From assembly GCF_000316605.1 (NCBI RefSeq), contig NC_019683.1:478036-542035 (forward strand): DNA of 64,000 bases. The letters are read 5' to 3'. The stretch comes from [Leptolyngbya] sp. PCC 7376 (lineage in GTDB: Bacteria > Cyanobacteriota > Cyanobacteriia > Cyanobacteriales > MRBY01). Numbering within the stretch: the first letter of the stretch is position 1; each line of letters opens with the position of its first letter. Shown piece by piece: positions 40,055-49,695 of this stretch. Under the pieces are notes generated by a model. It ran no database searches and was not told where the DNA came from. It saw nothing but the letters and a program-made list of their open reading frames with translations. The translations under genes and the position numbers were made by a program.

Positions 40055-43000
40055 CTAGGAAATACTTGATATGGGTAATTGGATACAGAATGTCGTAGAT
40101 TGGCCTAACTCGGATTGAACGGTGAGGCTGCCGCCATGTTTTTTAACAATAATTTGATGGGCGATCGCCAGCCCTAGCCCAGTGCCTTGACCCGCTTTTT
40201 TAGTGGTAAACAAATGCTCGAAAATCTTATCTTGTACCGTCTCAGAAATGCCGCGACCATTATCTGAAATGGTGATTTTGACTTGATTATTGTCTACCTC
40301 TGTGCGAATCGTAATTTGAGGTGAACACTTCTCGATGTCTGCAAAATGAGAGTGAAGATTAGCTTCGTCTAAAGCATCAATGGCATTTGCCAAAATGTTC
40401 ATAAAGACTTGGTTTAATTGTCCAGGGAAACAATCAATAGGCGGAATGTCACCATAGTCGCTAATAACTTTAATTTCAGGACGTTCAGGATTTGCTTTGA
40501 GACGATGGCGCAGAATTAAAATGGTACTTTCCATGCCTTCGTGAATATCAAAACGTTGCTTTTGATCTGTGTCAGCACGAGAAAAGACACGCAAACTTTT
40601 ACTAATAGATGTGATGCGATCGCCACTATCTTCCATGGCTCGAATCAGTTTGGGTAAATCTTCGCGTACATACTCTAGATCGACAGCTTCCAATTCTTCT
40701 TTGAGCCCATCGCTGGGATGAGGAAGTTCTTCGGCATAGAGATCGAGCAACCCGAGTAAATCACTGATGTATTCCTGAGTGGCCCCGACATTGCCGAGAA
40801 TGCAACCAACAGGATTATTAATTTCATGGGCAACCCCCGCCACTAAGCCACCTAAGGCTGACATTTTTTCACTCTGTACCAGTTTTAATTGGGCTTGCTG
40901 TAAATCTGTTAATGTCTGCTGCACCTTTCCATATAGCCGCGCATTTTCTAAAGAAATAGCCGCCTGAGTGCAGAGGATGTTGATCGTCTGGATCCGTTCT
41001 TCTGTAAACACCCCTCTAGTCAAACGATTTTTGAGATATAAAATGCCAATGAGGCTACCTTGGTTGAGTAGCGGCATGCACAAAACACTTTTGGGTTGAC
41101 GCTGGATGAGGTAGTTATCAATGACAGGTAAGTCCGTTTCTAAATCATCGATGACAATAATCTCCTGCGTATTTTTAACGTATTGAATAAGTTTGACTGG
41201 AAGGTCGGGATTATTATCGAGGGGAGTTGTACAAAGCTGGAGTTCTTCTGGGGTGGCGATCGCTCTGACTTGCCACTCGTTAGCTTCACTCGGCAAAATT
41301 AAGGCGCAGCGATCGCCACCAGAATTTTGCAAAATAATCCGAGTGACCTCGGTAAGTAAGGCATTGAGGTCAATGTTACTGGCGATCGCTTGAGAGGCTT
41401 TAAAGATAGCCTGTTGGTCTAACGTTGCATTGATGGAGTAACTCGTATTCGATTGCGCTCTCGTCTGCACGCCAACATAGCGATTAATCATTGAAGTAGA
41501 AACTGAATCGCTCCCAGTGCTTTGTGCTGGTCTAGAAATCCGAGGGGATTGGGTTTCAATCTGAATCGTCTTGGCTCCAGCCCCCCAACGGGCATAGCCA
41601 TAAAAAGCCTCTTGGATATGGGGCATCGCAAAGCTATCCTTACCCTGTTGGTGGTAAAGCCGAGCCGCAAATTCATGGATGAGTGCTTCTTCTTGCATAA
41701 ATCCATTAGTGTGCGCTTCGTCGATTGCCCGATGATATAAGTCCATTGCACCGAGGCGATCGCCTTTTACTCGGCAGCATTCAGCTTTTACCAACAAATA
41801 TTTATGCAGGAAATTTTCTGGGCAACTATCAACCCAAATTTTGAGCTGTTTTTGATTTGCCTCAATCCATTCCCAACGCTTGTGTTCAAGATCTGATGCC
41901 TCGTCAAATTCCGTGTTTAGAAGAACGAGGGAGCCATAGTAAAAGTAGTAGCTATGGGTTGGAAAGCCCACTAGAGAAGACACTATCGGTTGAAGCTGCT
42001 GAAAAAATTGCCACCCTTTCTCAAAGTCTTCGATGATGCAGCAGCGATGCATTTCCAATGAGTAGTGAATGGCTAACCCCAACTGATTACGAGATATCTC
42101 CCCTGCTCGGATAACAGCTTGGGCTTCGGTAATAATTTCTGTTTGTTCCGGGCTAGTGGTATTGGCAGCGACTAACTGTTGCACAAAAATCTGGGCACCT
42201 GCCAGTGCAATTCGGAGCATCTCACTATCTACCTGTTTTTCAACAGCGTCATAGCTCGGCAGAATAGTATTCGCTAAACTCCCTAAGTCTTCTCCTTGGA
42301 AGAGGAGATTCAAGACACTGCCAAAGAGGTTATAGGCTGCATACTGGGTTTCTCCTGCTTCCATCCCGGCTAAAAAACTGTCGTTATTGACCTTCGAGGA
42401 ACCTGCAATTGGTCGAGCCCAAGGATGGGCAAATGAGCCAAGCATGAGTCCCGCTTGACATTGCATCGCCTTACTATTGAATCGATGGGCTAGCTCAACC
42501 CCCATTTCAGCAAAAGTATAGCCTCGTTGATAGTCACCCTGAATTGAGCCGAGCAGCATACCGTAGTTGGCATAGGATTTAGATGATTCTGCAATGTTGC
42601 CATATTCGATAGAGTAACGAGTTCCGAGGAGACCGACTAACGCATAGAGGCTATTTCTGCCCGTAATGTAGACTGGCGGATCAATCGCCACTAATAACTT
42701 AATTGCGGCTTGGATTTTGAGGGGTGGGACTTGATCATTGTGTTCTAATAAGTCATAGATGTGGCGATCGCCCATCATTTCAGCTAAGCGAATAAACTCT
42801 TGCTCAACTAGTGCTGGAATATTGTCCTCTTGGATGTCAATGTCCAAATCTCGCAGCCCTGTTAAACCCCAATCAATCGCCTCAGCATAGCGCCCTTGCA
42901 AACAACAGCCGACTAACTGTAAGACACAAATTTCGGCGCGATCGGTTGCTGATGTAATCTCTGCAAAGGCTTTGTCTGTAGTTTGTTCCAACTCCACATA

Positions 43001-45457
43001 GTTCGCACTACTCAGTTGAGCTGACCCCAATGCTTGATAGAGAGACAGTGTCAGATCATAGTGATGTTGCCATCCTTCATCCCCCAATAGCTCGATACCC
43101 GTTTTACAGTAATCAATAGTGGCATCGTAAGCCGTTGAATTAAGAGCCTTCTGGGCGGCGGCTAAGTTCAGCTGGATGAGTTGTCGCTGTTCATCGTCGT
43201 CCACTAAAAAATCGCGACCGAAATTAAGATAACCCACCACATTGAAGAGGAGGGCATCGTCGTTTGCTTCATTCATACAGGCCAGTAGCAACTGACCGAT
43301 GTGATACTGAGTTGCTACTTTTTCGGCCTCAGGGATTAAGGCGTAAGCCGCCTGTTGTACACGATCATGTAAAAATTGATAGCCCACTGCTAGCTTGTCT
43401 ACGGTGGGGATGCAATCATCATGGTTCTGAAAAAATTTGTAAGTTTCACTTTCTGGAATCACCAACCCTTCTTTTAGGGCGGCCCATAACGCAGTGGCGA
43501 CCTCCTCTTGACTTTGCTCACACACCACAGCCAGTGTTACCAAGTCAAAACGACTACCGATGCAAGCTGCAAGCTTTAACACTGTTTGAGTTGCACTGCT
43601 TAGTCTTTTCAGCCGACTCACCATAAAAGCCACCACATCATTAGTGAGTGCTAAGGCTCTGACCTGGGCGATATCGCATTGCCAACATCCCCCCTCTGCT
43701 GAATAGGCAATAAAACCATCTTCATGCAAGCCTTGCAAAAATTGCGTCGTAAAAAATGGATTACCTTGGGCTTTTTGGAATACTAATTTAGCTAATGCTA
43801 GTGCCGATTCTTGGGAGCATAGTAATGTATCCGCGATTAGGCTCGTAATATCGTCTAGATCTAGAGGGGCTAACGTAATGGTTCCAATATTTGCTCCCTT
43901 TTGAAGCATCTCTTCCAAAGTGAGCATCAACGGATGAGCTGGGGAAACCTCATTGTCCCGATAGGCTCCAAGCACCAATAGGTAGCCTGCATCTGAGTCT
44001 CCCATTAAGAGTTTGACCAACCCCAAAGAAGCCGAATCTGCCCATTGCAGATCATCTAGGAAAATGACTAGGGGATGTTCTTTCGTGGTGAAGACTCGCA
44101 CAAATTGACTAAAGAGGCGATTAAATCGATTTTGTGCGGCGATGCCGGATAGTTCGGGCAAGGGAGGCTGTTCACCAATGATTGTCGCTAGTTCTGGGAT
44201 GACATCAATGATGACTTGACCATTTTCGCCCACAGCTTCAAGGATTTTTGTCCGCCAGCGGGTGAGGTCAGTATCAGATTCTCCTAAAAGCTGTCCCATT
44301 AAGCTACGGAAGGCTTGGACAAAGGCTGAAAAGGGAGTGCTACGGTTAAATTGGTCAAATTTTCCTTTGATAAAGTAACCGTTCTGGCGGGTAATCGGCT
44401 TATGAACTTCATTGATGACTGCTGTTTTACCAATCCCTGAGAAGCCTGCTACCAGCATCATTTCGGTTTGACCCTGGGCAACGCGTTCAAAGGCATTGAG
44501 TAAGGTTTTTGTTTCGGCTTCGCGTCCGTAGAGCTTTTCGGGAATGAGGAAGCGATCGCTGACGTCCCTTAGTCCTAAGCAAAATTCAGCAATCTCTTCT
44601 TGTTTTTTCCATTGTGTGAGGCATTGTTCTAGATCGTATTTCAGACCCAGAGCACTCTGATAGCGGTCTTCCGCATTTTTTTGCATCAGTTTTGCCACGA
44701 GCGCTGCCACCATGGTTGGTATGTTTGGATTGGCCTCAGCGATGGGAGTGGGTTGCTGTGCCATATGGCAATGGATAAGTTCTAGCGGCTCGTCGCTATG
44801 GAAAGGTAATTGCCCAGTCAATAGCTGGTATAGCGTTACCCCGAGGGCATAGAAATCAGTACGATAATCAATTGCTCGGTTCATCCGGCCCGTTTGCTCT
44901 GGGGCAAGATAGGCGAGGGTGCCTTCTAGGCTTTTGGGACTTTGGAGTGCCTGGGTTTCTTTGGGCAGTAGAGAGGCGATGCTAAAGTCAATTAGCTTTA
45001 TTGTTTTTGACTCAGGATGAATCAGAATATTGGCAGGTTTGATGTCTTTATGAATAACTCGATGCTGATGAAGGTCGTGAAGAATATCGGCGAGTTGGCT
45101 GGCGATCGCCAGCACATCAGTTAGATCTAAGGTTTGCTCTTGAAGGAAAGTGTCTAGGGAAATACCACCCCAATCCTCCATCACCAGCACATAGCTATTA
45201 TCTATGGCCTCTAAACTAAGGGGCTTGATAATGCCTGAAATCGGCAGGTTGGCAGTGATCGTATATTGATTGCGAAACTGAACGAGTTCTTTAAAACTCG
45301 GGTAATCTCGCTGTAATACTTTGAGGATAACTGGATTGTTTGAGCCTGATTGTCTAGCGCGATAAACTGCTGTGCGAGACCCCAGATATAGTTGCTCGAC
45401 AATATTAAAACCCGCAATTTCGGGCTTTACGTTAGATCGATTGTCGATGGCGGTCAT
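40055..45457 (-). CDS. multi-sensor signal-transduction multi-kinase: Ser/Thr protein kinase + AAA/NTPase + TPR-like + GAF + HisKA + HATPase_c (1800 aa)
   Basis: HKDIKPANIL catalytic loop and DFS (DFG-like) motif; P-loop GFSGIGKT; GAF region; phospho-acceptor box AHEINNP (HisKA); G-boxes DNGRGI and GTGLGL. Confidence 0.9.
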   Translation of the reverse strand: MTAIDNRSNVKPEIAGFNIVEQLYLGSRTAVYRARQSGSNNPVILKVLQRDYPSFKELVQFRNQYTITANLPISGIIKPLSLEAIDNSYVLVMEDWGGISLDTFLQEQTLDLTDVLAIASQLADILHDLHQHRVIHKDIKPANILIHPESKTIKLIDFSIASLLPKETQALQSPKSLEGTLAYLAPEQTGRMNRAIDYRTDFYALGVTLYQLLTGQLPFHSDEPLELIHCHMAQQPTPIAEANPNIPTMVAALVAKLMQKNAEDRYQSALGLKYDLEQCLTQWKKQEEIAEFCLGLRDVSDRFLIPEKLYGREAETKTLLNAFERVAQGQTEMMLVAGFSGIGKTAVINEVHKPITRQNGYFIKGKFDQFNRSTPFSAFVQAFRSLMGQLLGESDTDLTRWRTKILEAVGENGQVIIDVIPELATIIGEQPPLPELSGIAAQNRFNRLFSQFVRVFTTKEHPLVIFLDDLQWADSASLGLVKLLMGDSDAGYLLVLGAYRDNEVSPAHPLMLTLEEMLQKGANIGTITLAPLDLDDITSLIADTLLCSQESALALAKLVFQKAQGNPFFTTQFLQGLHEDGFIAYSAEGGCWQCDIAQVRALALTNDVVAFMVSRLKRLSSATQTVLKLAACIGSRFDLVTLAVVCEQSQEEVATALWAALKEGLVIPESETYKFFQNHDDCIPTVDKLAVGYQFLHDRVQQAAYALIPEAEKVATQYHIGQLLLACMNEANDDALLFNVVGYLNFGRDFLVDDDEQRQLIQLNLAAAQKALNSTAYDATIDYCKTGIELLGDEGWQHHYDLTLSLYQALGSAQLSSANYVELEQTTDKAFAEITSATDRAEICVLQLVGCCLQGRYAEAIDWGLTGLRDLDIDIQEDNIPALVEQEFIRLAEMMGDRHIYDLLEHNDQVPPLKIQAAIKLLVAIDPPVYITGRNSLYALVGLLGTRYSIEYGNIAESSKSYANYGMLLGSIQGDYQRGYTFAEMGVELAHRFNSKAMQCQAGLMLGSFAHPWARPIAGSSKVNNDSFLAGMEAGETQYAAYNLFGSVLNLLFQGEDLGSLANTILPSYDAVEKQVDSEMLRIALAGAQIFVQQLVAANTTSPEQTEIITEAQAVIRAGEISRNQLGLAIHYSLEMHRCCIIEDFEKGWQFFQQLQPIVSSLVGFPTHSYYFYYGSLVLLNTEFDEASDLEHKRWEWIEANQKQLKIWVDSCPENFLHKYLLVKAECCRVKGDRLGAMDLYHRAIDEAHTNGFMQEEALIHEFAARLYHQQGKDSFAMPHIQEAFYGYARWGAGAKTIQIETQSPRISRPAQSTGSDSVSTSMINRYVGVQTRAQSNTSYSINATLDQQAIFKASQAIASNIDLNALLTEVTRIILQNSGGDRCALILPSEANEWQVRAIATPEELQLCTTPLDNNPDLPVKLIQYVKNTQEIIVIDDLETDLPVIDNYLIQRQPKSVLCMPLLNQGSLIGILYLKNRLTRGVFTEERIQTINILCTQAAISLENARLYGKVQQTLTDLQQAQLKLVQSEKMSALGGLVAGVAHEINNPVGCILGNVGATQEYISDLLGLLDLYAEELPHPSDGLKEELEAVDLEYVREDLPKLIRAMEDSGDRITSISKSLRVFSRADTDQKQRFDIHEGMESTILILRHRLKANPERPEIKVISDYGDIPPIDCFPGQLNQVFMNILANAIDALDEANLHSHFADIEKCSPQITIRTEVDNNQVKITISDNGRGISETVQDKIFEHLFTTKKAGQGTGLGLAIAHQIIVKKHGGSLTVQSELGQSTTFCIQLPISSIS

Positions 45458-45739
45458 GGGGAGTGTATGGAGGCTTTAACAAGATGGACAATTTGATTTG
45501 TTTTAAATATCAGCTAAGCATCGCTCTAGAATTTGCTGCGCTGCATATATTCGAGCCATATGATGAAGCTGACAATTACACCCAAAAGAACTTTTAGAAT
45601 CTTAGCTATAGGCTAGACAGTAGGCTGTGATCTCAAACAGCGATCACGTCATTATCCAGACTATAGGCAATGATCTGAGTTGGAGATTCTCGATACCGGA
45701 GAATTATTTTTTTCGGATATAGGTCTTTGAATGCAAAAT

Positions 45740-46040
45740 GCTGTGGCGTGATTAGGTGCAGATTGGACGGTGATGCTGCCACCAAGTTTTTTAGTGATAA
45801 TTTTGATGGGCGATCGCCATCCTTAGCTCAGTTCCGTTTTTCGTTTTTTGTGTAAACAAATGCTTAAAAATCTTTTCTTTTATAGTCTTAGAAATTTTGC
45901 GACTATTATCTGAAATTTTTATTTTGGCATGATGATTTTTTATCTCAGTGCAAATTATTGTCTGAAGAGAATGTTGCTCTGATTTTCTGAGATTAAAGTG
46001 AAGACTAGCGTCATTCAACGTATCAATGGCATTTACCAAG
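45740..46040 (-). pseudogene. decayed duplicate of the histidine-kinase 3' end (HATPase_c fragment)
   Basis: DNA and translated similarity to 40100..40400 (…KIKISDNSRKISKTIKEKIFKHLFTQK… vs …KITISDNGRGISETVQDKIFEHLFTTK…); AT-shifted, truncated. Confidence 0.6.
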
Positions 46041-46396
46041 ATCCCGCCCTTTATACAAATCTAGTTCAGAGAGAATATTCCTTACATTTCAATATTTCAG
46101 TACATCATGCGACTAAGGCATAAGTAAGAAGAGGCAATCGTCAAAAACATTTAAAAAAATGGTTTCTCAATTGATTTACGGAAGAATATCTTATTGAGGA
46201 ATGAAGAGTATTGTCTCACTAAGAATCTACATCAAGAAAATTCTGGTTCACCATAGAGCTTACAGGCCAATATATGTAATTGATTCGATGTATTTGATAT
46301 AGACGGTTAAACGTGGCTCTCTGTGTACAATAATGTCGATGAAATTCAACATTAATACCTCTTCTGCTAAGTCATAAAATGCAAATATTTTAGACT

Positions 46397-46440
46397 TAGC
46401 AAGTATCAATGGATACGTACGTATCCATTGATACTTGCTA
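46397..46440. repeat. 44-bp perfect palindrome
   Basis: tagcaagtatcaatggatacgt|acgtatccattgatacttgcta, exact reverse-complement symmetry. Confidence 0.9.
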
Positions 46441-46538
46441 TATTTCAAGCAGATTTTTAAGTTCCAAAACTTAATCTAAAGAGATAGTTGACACCGACCT
46501 GATTATCAGTTTTCTAAAAAATAATAATTAATAATTTG

Positions 46539-46650
46539 TATCTAGGGTTCCAGCTCTTTGACATGACTGGGTGTTTGGTCCGAGAGATACAGCCAGTCGA
46601 TTTCTCACATCCAGAAATACTGGTTCACGGAGGGATAAAAGCCCGGGAGG
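46539..46650 (+). ncRNA. guanidine-I (ykkC) riboswitch aptamer
   Basis: Conserved blocks CUAGGGUUCC (46542-46551), GGUCCGAGAG (46576-46585) and ACGGAGGGAUAAAAGCCCGGGAG (46627-46649) in canonical order and spacing; followed by U-rich expression platform and the SSF transporter ORF. Confidence 0.8.
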
Positions 46651-46744
46651 CGTTTGTTGATTTTTCAAGATCACACACTGTCTCTTGGGCTTTCGTTTTT
46701 GCAGAAACTTACAAATGTTCGATATCTAGTTTGGAGATAGATCA

Positions 46745-48250
46745 ATGGAACATACTTCTTTTTCCTATGGAATTATTATTTTTCTATTGGGAACATTGGG
46801 GATTGGAGCCTGGGCTTCCCAGCAAATTAAGGGTGATAGCGTTAACTTTTTGGTCGCTGGACGGGGATTAGCGTTGCCCTTGGCCGCCGCTACTTTGATG
46901 GCTCAGTCGGTGGATTCTAATGCAACGTTGGGTAATACAGATTTGTCGTCTGAGTTTGGCTTTTGGGCTGGTGCAGCTTTACCTATCGGCTTATCTTTAT
47001 GCTTATTTTTAACTGGGACATTTTTGGCAAAACCCATGAATCGCATGGGATTGATTACCATTCCTGACTTCTATCGAGTTAAGTATGGTCGCACTGTTGA
47101 GCTGATTGCAGCTTGCATTATGTGTGTGAGTTTTTCGTTTCTGCTGGCTGGTAACCTCGTTGCGGGTGGCTATATGTTCCAAACGTTCCTCGGAACTAGC
47201 TATGTCGGTGGCATTACTTTGCTCGCAGCTCTTGTCTTTGCCTATACGGTATCTGGAGGCTTATTTGCTGTGGCTTATACCGATGCCATGCAAGTCGTGA
47301 TTGCTTTGCTTGGTACATTAGGTTTGTTGTTTTATCTCGTGGCCAATTTCGGTATTGTGATCGAGCCTGGGATGGGTCCTCTGGCACTGGAACAGTTGAC
47401 GGCGGTAAGTTCTGGGGCTGCGATTAACTGGGCTAGTATTTTGGCTCTAGGACTAGGCAATATGGTAGCGATTGATTTTATGGCTCGAATTTTTGCGGCT
47501 GCAAGCCCCGAAACAGCTCAAAAATCTTGTTATGCAGCTTCTCTTGGCACATTAATCATTGGTATCCCATTTTCAGTCATTGCACTTTCAGCGAATAGAA
47601 TTCTCGACGAGGCTGGAGTTGTCGCTGATGGACCAGTACTGTTTGCTTTACTTCAAAATGCTGTGCCGCCTTTGTTAGGTCTGCTTGTATTAGCGGCAAT
47701 TTTGTCGGCTTCTCTCTCAACTGCTGATGGTGCAATTTTAGGAACATCGTCAGTCTTAGCCCACAATGTTTTTGGAATTCGCCATGAAATTGGTGATGGC
47801 CATAGTGGTGGCGGCGATCGCCTGTTATTCATTACCCGCTTAATGGCTATTTTTATTACGCTCTTAGGGGTCTTCTTGGGACTTAGGGTTCCCCAAACGG
47901 GAGTGCTATTGCTGCTGGGCTTTGACCTGGGTTTTGCTGGATTAGTTGTTCCTCTGTTGGGTGGTCTGTTTTGGAGAAAGGCAACGCCAGAAGGAGCTTT
48001 CGCTTGTATCATTGCAGGTTCTATCACCCGACTTGTGTTCTTTGCCTTTATGCCCACCATGTTTGGCATTGACAACACCCTTTTTTATATTCCCAACAGC
48101 ACATTCACCATTGATTTTGACGGTTTCCCAACGCTGATTAGTCCAATCGTGGGTTTGATTGCCTTCGTCCTCGTCTCTAATCTCACTTACCGTCGCCTTG
48201 ATGCTGGCAAGTTACGGGAAAGAACTTTAGAGGAAATCAAACATCTTTAA
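46745..48250 (+). CDS. sodium:solute symporter family (SSF, DUR3/PutP-like) transporter; candidate guanidine/urea-type importer
   Basis: 501 aa, about 13 TM helices, SSF-typical N-terminus; RBS ggaga; directly downstream of riboswitch. Confidence 0.85.
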   Translation: MEHTSFSYGIIIFLLGTLGIGAWASQQIKGDSVNFLVAGRGLALPLAAATLMAQSVDSNATLGNTDLSSEFGFWAGAALPIGLSLCLFLTGTFLAKPMNRMGLITIPDFYRVKYGRTVELIAACIMCVSFSFLLAGNLVAGGYMFQTFLGTSYVGGITLLAALVFAYTVSGGLFAVAYTDAMQVVIALLGTLGLLFYLVANFGIVIEPGMGPLALEQLTAVSSGAAINWASILALGLGNMVAIDFMARIFAAASPETAQKSCYAASLGTLIIGIPFSVIALSANRILDEAGVVADGPVLFALLQNAVPPLLGLLVLAAILSASLSTADGAILGTSSVLAHNVFGIRHEIGDGHSGGGDRLLFITRLMAIFITLLGVFLGLRVPQTGVLLLLGFDLGFAGLVVPLLGGLFWRKATPEGAFACIIAGSITRLVFFAFMPTMFGIDNTLFYIPNSTFTIDFDGFPTLISPIVGLIAFVLVSNLTYRRLDAGKLRERTLEEIKHL

Positions 48251-48436
48251 TGCTTCTGAAGTGGTTTTCGCTCAGCAAAGAAGAAAATCATTTCTTCTGT
48301 CTGTCTAAACCAAGGTGTATCCCTCGATAGGCAAACCTAATTGTCGAGGGAATATATCAGCCTAATCCCCTCAACATTGACCAAAAGAAATTGGTAAAAG
48401 TATCAACTCAGAATTTTGATTATGAACGTGTAAATC

Positions 48437-49630
48437 ATGACAGATAACCCAACTTTTCAGGAACCAGACTCCAATTCAGAGCCGATGTCAGAAGCTAAAC
48501 GGGCACTGGAACTCGAAACTCATCTTCCCTTAACGGGTTGGCAGCAGGAAGTTGACCAAGGTCTGGAATATGGTCTAGAGGCCGCAGACAGTATCGGTGA
48601 TCGCACGATTTCTACATTCTCTAGGGGTGAGCTGCCCCACTATGCGGGTATCAATACCTTCATGAAGGCGCCTTATGTCGAGGATGTTCGCCTAGTCGGT
48701 AATTATGATGTGGCGATCGTCGGTGTCCCCCACGATTCCGGAACCACTTATCGTCCGGGCACTCGCTTTGGTCCCCAAGGTATTCGCCGAATATCAGCTT
48801 TGTACACTCCCTATAATTTTGAATTAGGCGTTGATCTTCGCGAACAAATTAAGCTCTGCGATGTCGGTGATATCTTTACGATTCCTGGCAATAACGAAAA
48901 ATCATTTGATCAAATTTCTAAAGGAATCGCTCACATTTTTAGTTCGGGTGCTTTCCCAATTATCTTGGGCGGTGACCATTCCATTGGCTTTCCGACAGTG
49001 CGTGGAATTTGTCGTCATTTAGGCGATAAAAAAGTCGGCATTATTCACTTTGACCGCCATGTCGATACCCAAGAAACGGACTTAGACGAGCGGATGCACA
49101 CTTGTCCCTGGTTTCATGCGACCAATATGGCCAATGCCCCCGCGAAGAATCTGGTACAGCTAGGCATCGGTGGCTGGCAAGTGCCTCGCCAGGGCGTCAA
49201 AGTTTGCCGGGAACGTGCGACCAATATCCTAACTGTGACCGACATCATGGATATGGGCATGGATGCAGCGGTAGATTTCGCATTAGAGCGCGCGATGGAT
49301 GGCACGGACTGTGTCTGGATTAGCTTTGATATTGACTGTATCGATGCTGGATTCGTGCCGGGTACAGGTTGGCCTGAGCCAGGTGGATTACTCCCCCGTG
49401 AAGCGCTTTATTTGTTGGGTAAAATTGTCTCACGTGCGCCGGTTTGTGGCCTAGAGATAGTTGAAGTTTCTCCGCCCTATGACGTGAGCGATATGACTTC
49501 GCTGATGGCGACCCGTGTGATTTGCGATACGATGGCTCAGCTTGTGCTCTCTGGTCAATTGCCACGTACAGAAAAGCCTAGTTATATCCATGAAGAAGCC
49601 AATATGGATATAGATCAACCCTGGCGTTAA
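48437..49630 (+). CDS. arginase/agmatinase-family ureohydrolase with N-terminal extension; candidate guanidine hydrolase (GdmH-like) or agmatinase
   Basis: GGDHS, FDRHVDT, SFDIDCIDAGFVPGTG metal-binding motifs; 397 aa; same operon as riboswitch-controlled transporter. Confidence 0.85.
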   Translation: MTDNPTFQEPDSNSEPMSEAKRALELETHLPLTGWQQEVDQGLEYGLEAADSIGDRTISTFSRGELPHYAGINTFMKAPYVEDVRLVGNYDVAIVGVPHDSGTTYRPGTRFGPQGIRRISALYTPYNFELGVDLREQIKLCDVGDIFTIPGNNEKSFDQISKGIAHIFSSGAFPIILGGDHSIGFPTVRGICRHLGDKKVGIIHFDRHVDTQETDLDERMHTCPWFHATNMANAPAKNLVQLGIGGWQVPRQGVKVCRERATNILTVTDIMDMGMDAAVDFALERAMDGTDCVWISFDIDCIDAGFVPGTGWPEPGGLLPREALYLLGKIVSRAPVCGLEIVEVSPPYDVSDMTSLMATRVICDTMAQLVLSGQLPRTEKPSYIHEEANMDIDQPWR

Positions 49631-49695
49631 GTTAGTGCGCAACAGCTTTTTATAAGCACTATGGCGATCGCCACTCTGACGAAAGATAAAAACGG

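Noticed and set aside
46536-46871. 111-aa ORF covering the riboswitch region
   Set aside because: It overlaps the strongly conserved guanidine-I aptamer and the start of the SSF transporter in another frame. This makes it a non-coding leader, not a CDS.
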